A stretch of 64,000 nucleotides of DNA from assembly GCA_008632985.1 (NCBI GenBank), contig QPGO01000047.1, forward strand, positions 62,001-126,000, read 5' to 3'. The notes under the pieces were generated by a model that was not told the DNA's origin, searched no databases, and saw nothing but the letters and a program-made list of their open reading frames with translations. Both the position numbers and the translations under genes were made by a program. Positions 58,611-64,000 of this stretch are shown piece after piece (positions within the stretch are counted from its first letter, which is position 1; every line of letters starts with the position of its first letter). Source of the stretch: Psammoneis japonica (taxonomy: Eukaryota).

Positions 58611-61600
58611 CATGACCCTGAGCCACAGTGCTGGTGAAACAGAGCAGATCACCCACCACAACATCACCCAGACAAAGAGCAAAATGTCTTTTGCGTTCCA
58701 TGATTTTTTGCTCTTCTGACGGGGTTCAATGCCTTCCTTGTTGACCAGGGACAGAGGCACATTGCAGGCTGTGTCCTGAGAAAAAGACCATGACTCCTTT
58801 TCATCTTTTGTGACTCCAAGGATGTGATGACCTCCTCTCATTTTTTTGTCCTGTCAAGCCTTCCTCTCCAACCTTGCCTTTTTCCATTGGGCTGAGGTGG
58901 TTGCTCTAAAAACACACCCGCTGTTGCAAGGCATGCACAGATGCCCATCACACATGACACTCTTTCTTGCCACTGCCGGCACAGCGCCAAAGGCAGCAAG
59001 AAAGATTTGACAGCTTTGAGAAACCTCTGTGTGCTGTGTGAGACCCACCACATCCTGCAGCGGTCTTGGCACTGCTCCAAAAAAATGACCAAGCCTGCGT
59101 GTTTGTGTGCAAAGGCAGAGGATCCTTTCAAGCTTGACCCTCTTGCCTTTGTGAGCAATGAAGAGTGCATGGCAGAGCAGGTGGACCAGCCACTTTGCTG
59201 AAATGTCCTGTCAGGTGCTTTCACAATGACGATGCAGGGCACAAGCGGTGTGCCCAACAACCCAACAATCAATGTCAAATTTGTGGCAGGTCAAAGACAA
59301 CATGTTCTCATGGCAAAAGCTTTGTGTGGCAGCTGACCCCTTTTTGTCCAGGCCAGCTTTTGCACCCACTTTTGCATCATTTCCTTCAAGGACTTGCTCC
59401 TGGAGCTGATGGCAGGCATTTTGTGGGCTGCATCATTTGTTGGGAAATGAAGTCCAAAGACCCTGGCCATTCCAAATTTGATGCTTTTGAGCACAGCTCC
59501 TGTGCTGAAACAACCCGCCGAAGAACATCCTTTGTCAATGCCAAAGACAGCTGGGGGGGGGCTTCCCCTCACACATCCCATCAAGGAAGAATGCCCAGCT
59601 GCTGCCTTCCCAGAGAAATGCACTTTTCTGCCTTGGTTTCACGACCGCACCCTCTGCATGTTTTTCCATGTGAGCTCTTGTGCAGATGTCACCTTTCTCC
59701 AATGGTGTGACAACGGCTCTCCTCACATGCCTGTTCTGACCACTTTTTTGCTTCATTGATGTGCCTTCATTTGTTTCATCATCATGAGCAATTCATGCAT
59801 TGGAGTTTGGCCAGCATTGAGCCCTTTTGGTTTGTTTGCTTGTCATTCTTCTCGGCATTTTTCTTTCTCACATGCAAATTTTCCACACAAATGCGAAAGT
59901 CATTTCAGATGGTCAACTTGCTGGACTGTTGGCTTCTCTCTGTCCTCACCTCTCAGGCGTCAACACATCCCCCCTCCACTCATTGTCAATTTAAGTTCCC
60001 TGCTTTTTGTGGCAAGCAATGTTCCACTCTGTTGCAGCTCTCAGAAGCTTCAATTTGAGGCCAACTCAGCATGCTGCACCAGCCTTTTTCCCATGTGCCA
60101 ACAACTCTGCACAAGTTTGAGCACATGCTCTGCACGTCTGAAAAGTCATTTTGGATGAACAACCCACCAAGCTGTTGACTGTGCTGCTCTTTGTCCATGC
60201 CTCTTGGCAGGTGTGAACAACTTCCCTTGCATCTGCTGTTGGCTTGAGCCATCTGCATCATGTGGCAAACAACCCCCCATCATTGCTGATCCCAGAAGTT
60301 TGAGTTTGGGGCCAGCTCAATGTGGGTCAGTGTTTGCTCCATGCCCTGCTCTTTCTCACATCAAAGCTTTTCCAGCAGGCGGCCCACTTTGCCTTTGCAG
60401 CTGGGTGCAGCCCCAAGAAGAAAACCCAGTTACAGCATGAGGGCATTGAGCTCTTTGACTTTGATGTCTTGTTCCAATGGTCCTGTTTTTGCTGCTGCCA
60501 GCTGTCTCCGTTGGGCACCACAGACTCACGGCATCAATCTTGGCCAATTGTTGCACACTCCTGCTGCGCAGTGTGCTGGGGGTGTGGGTTGGCTTGTGCT
60601 GCTGGCCGGAGTTGCAGGGTGGAAAAGCGCAACAGTGAGCCACTTGGCACCACACTGGCAGCAATCTGCATGCAGCTGAAATGTGCAATGTCCAAGGTTG
60701 GCCGCTCTTGTGCAGTGCCACACCGCGAAATCTGTGGCCGTCGTGGCTGGCACCCCACCCCCGCGCACAATGTCATGCCACAAAAGTTGTGGAAACTCAG
60801 GACCCTGTATCTTGACCTTTTTTCCCACCTCTGAAGGCACACTCTCAGAGCAAGACAGAAAGGATCAAAACAGCCAAAGTGGCTTGGAGCACACAATTGC
60901 TTCAGTTGCAGTCCAGCTGCAGATTTGCGAGCTTTTTTTTAATGAGTGACGCTCACTTTCAAGGAAGAAGCGAGTGCCGCAGATCTTTTCACCGTGCCTT
61001 CATTTTTTCTTTCACCCAAATCGTCAGACAACACAACCCGACACTTTGTCCATTTCACCAGTTGAGCGCGTTTGGTGCAAACAAAGTAGACTGCTCAGTC
61101 AGTGCAATGCCACAACGGGCGGGTGTGGATTTGCTGTGGATTTGCGATTTCATTGTCATGCACGTCTTGTGACTTCTTGCTTCAAGTTGCAGCAGAAGTC
61201 ATGTGGCATTCGCGCGGAAGGGGGGGCTGCCATCACGCTTCTGTTCTGGTGTGGGTTGATGATTTGGAGTGCATGATGAGAAAAGCAGCAGGCACAAGCA
61301 TGGACAATGGCTTGAGACAATGGCTCCTCATTTTTCGATGGACGCTCACTGCGTTGGTTTGACTGTGTGTCTGAGTGCATCAGCAGTTCTTTCATTGACT
61401 GGTGGTGCATGCATTGTTTGCAGGATTGTGAAAGGGAAGAAGATTGACAAGCTGCACCACGCTTGATGCTGGAAATCTCGATCTCAGACATCGTCTTCAC
61501 TCTGGCCGCATTTCTGAGTCCACACATGATGCCGTCAGCGACAGGCATCGTCACCTCCAGGGGAAGCAATGCGTCAGGCTCGGCATCTGCGACGTTTCTT

Positions 61601-61650
61601 GTTGCTGGAAATCTTGCCGTTAGCTCCCACTGCTGTCAGCTCAGTTGCTG
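58170..61650. other. TpA- and CpG-depleted domain G, fading into the 7TM gene
   Basis: Very few TA between 58620 and 61650; TA is abundant from about 61830. Confidence 0.85.
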
Positions 61651-62723
61651 TTATCGTCTCATGACAAGACATGGGTACAGTGAGGAGACCTTGGCACGAC
61701 GCTTTGAAAAACCAGCTCATTTGGTGACATTTCTCATCATCATTCTCTTTGCATCTGTCTGTCTGGCCTTGGAGGGGTTTAACCCAAATTGGGGGACGTC
61801 TTCGGAAGTGAGACTGTCGAAGAAAGTTACGTAGAATTTGTACTAAAACAGTCTGTCAATCAGTGCGATTGGGTATTTGGGACCTCTGGACAGATCCTAC
61901 GTGTTTTCTTGTGCGTACAAATTGTACTGGGAAAACCCCCAAACGCACTGGCGATCAGACCGCCTTCGACGATCTCACTTCCAAAGACGCCCCCCAAAAT
62001 CAGCTGATAAATGCTTGTTTTATTGAGTCCTTTCCGCCCGAATGCTATGACACGGACGGTGTTGAATGCACTCGTGGCTTGTACGCAACTGAGCTTGCCT
62101 ATTGCTTATTTGCACTTGTGCTGGCATGTTTGCTTGTCGCACTTGTCAATACCTTTCTCGTATATTGGACGGTAAGACAGCTGACAAGGAAGTGCGACCG
62201 ACGTGCTTCAAGAAGGAATTCCCATGTTGGTGATCAAATGTTCCGTCGCGAGAGACGTGTCGGCGTTCAAGCATGCCTATATATGCTAGCTTACTTGAGT
62301 ACCTCCTTATGGATTTTAAGTTCTTCTCTTGTTTATGAGCTTGCTGTCAATTCAGGAGCAAAGCCGGGAAACGGGCTCTATGCTTACCAGTGCCTCTGGG
62401 TTTTCTTTGTGGCGCTTCAAGGCTTCCTCAACTTCTTTGTTTATATTCGACCCCGCTATCTTCAATGGAATGAAAGCCATTCAGAAAAGTCGCGACTTCG
62501 GGCTTTGCGAAAAGCAATGTTTGACGTAAACCCACCCCCAACCGCTATTTCTAGCCGCCGAACTAGTTCTCCCCCGTTGCACACCAGTCGAGCTTCGTCG
62601 TCATCTGGAATGAAGCGCGGCACTTCTTCATTCAAGAAGGGACAAAGTAGACCTCTTTCATTAAAGATGGAACCAACTGTAACAACGAATGCGCCTATTG
62701 AGAAGAAACAAGAGGAATGTTGA
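61300..62723 (+). pseudogene. GPCR-like 7TM protein (Git3/cAMP-receptor-like type expanded in diatoms) with a degraded 5' half
   Basis: SAVLSL.G..IV, ISISDIV, E..A..FE...H, VGVQACLYMLAY and LQGFLNFFVYIRPRY. Several frame breaks between 61360 and 61870. Confidence 0.75.
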
Positions 62724-63137
62724 GGGCCAGTGCATCCATCTATCAATTGGCATGACGAACAGCTTGTTCGACTCCATGCTTATAGTTGGTAATGTTCAGC
62801 TCGTCTATTTCAATTTCTGCGATTGCGAGAAAGAAAGATGCACGGACGAGCGATGGACTGAAAAAAGGAAACAAAGAAGTACGAAAGAGCAATCGAGTGC
62901 TGAGTACAGAAGTATACTGGTTGCGCCAAGTGGCGTGAAGAATGCAATATAGTTATTACAGTGTAAATCAAAATGTAGGTGACAGTTGTTACCTACACCC
63001 TATAGAGACAAAAACCAAACTAATAATGCTAACGTTTCACAAAACAGAAAAAGTGCCATTAACCATGAAGAACATCAACCATGAAGTACGTACGGTATTG
63101 AGCGTTCTCGTCAATACAAAAATCGTAGCCTGTCATC

Positions 63138-64000
63138 TCAAAAGAGCTCTCGCAAGCTGAAAAAGGTCCCAACCAATCCCACAACGATTCCAATAATCAA
63201 AAAGGACCACGCCAACAACGAAAATCCCTTGAGCTTGAGACAAAAGAGACCCGGCAAGATAAAGGCAATCACGGTGCCCATGCAACAGCCCACCAAATCC
63301 AAAACGACGCCCAAGGACGGGGCCTTGATGGCCAAAAAGGTTGTAACGACCCACAAGAGAGTTGTGAGCATGACATGAAAGGAAAAAATGAGTTGATTGA
63401 CATCCACCAACCACCAAGTATCCGCCGGAAGCAGCAACTTTGATTCCACGTCACCCGTTACAATTGCAGTGCTTTTCGTGGTGGACAGAAAGACGACAAT
63501 CATTTCTCGACAGCTAAAGAATGGGAGAGGATACGTAAACATCATTACAAAACAAAGCAACAGCTTTGCCAAATCAATAGCTTTGGTTTGTGGGTATGCC
63601 TCAAACACGTCATCAGGTGTTTGATCCCAAAAGGTAATGTAAATAACAATACCAATGGTTAGCGAGAGAACGGCAGCCAACAGTATCGTCCACGTCGACA
63701 CGGCCTCCCAACTCTTGACGCTTCGAATGTCGGAGCGAAGAGAATTATACGTCAAGTGGACAGTATGCTGCGAGACAAAGTTAAACACAAAGGTCCCGAG
63801 ACTGTAATTGAAAACAGTTTGAGAGATTAGAATCAACAACGACAAGACTGCACGGCTTTCGGTATCAGAGCATGACTTACCTCTCGACAAACCCGGGCTT
63901 GACTTGTAGCCAATTCTCCGAGAAGGTACCGCCTTGAACTCGAACGTCGCCATTCGGATTGTCAATGTACATGAACAATGCAATCAGAATAATGCCTACG
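63138..64000 (-). CDS. Amino-acid transporter (Aa_trans/SLC38A11-like), 5' part outside the window; intron 63802-63880
   Basis: Spliced PGFVESLGTFVFNFVSQH, FTYPLPFFSCRE and LGVVLDLVGCCMGTVIAFILPG. Confidence 0.92.

Noticed and set aside
1..64000. Classical RIP, or CpG decay alone, as the explanation of the biased domains
   Set aside because: RIP enriches TpA and lowers GC, the opposite of what is seen. CpG decay cannot convert Tyr codons to Cys/His, and some domains retain CpG while lacking TpA.
1..64000. tRNA, rRNA or telomeric repeats
   Set aside because: None recognised by eye; a covariance-model search would be needed to exclude small RNAs.

Overview
Eukaryotic genomic DNA, most likely a pennate diatom (short ~80-115 bp GT-AG introns, bipartite plastid-targeting leaders, nuclear plastid FtsZ). 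Intact or near-intact genes of ordinary base composition (EEP/CCR4-like, FtsZ, MET1-like TPR, PHD-SNF2-RING helicase, UDP-sugar dehydrogenase, double cytochrome b5, ankyrin proteins, RRP36, DUF4336, YIP1, a 7TM protein, an amino-acid transporter) alternate with seven multi-kb domains (roughly 40-45% of the window) that have almost lost the dinucleotide TpA, often also CpG, and are rich in TG/CA. Gene relics inside these domains (lamin-tail-domain repeats, NudC, beta-COP, ankyrin, transporter duplicate) show systematic Tyr->Cys/His changes, so TpA has been converted to TpG/CpA. Surviving TpA sites are mostly in YTAR context, and the effect fades as a gradient into a neighbouring gene. This points to a region-targeted, context-specific A:T->G:C hypermutation process running opposite to fungal RIP; I do not recognise it as described, but cannot check the literature. 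Also present: a non-autonomous TIR element with a 4-bp TSD, an old segmental duplication with reciprocal gene loss, and two bacterial-looking genes. Domain boundaries and dinucleotide trends were judged by eye, not computed.
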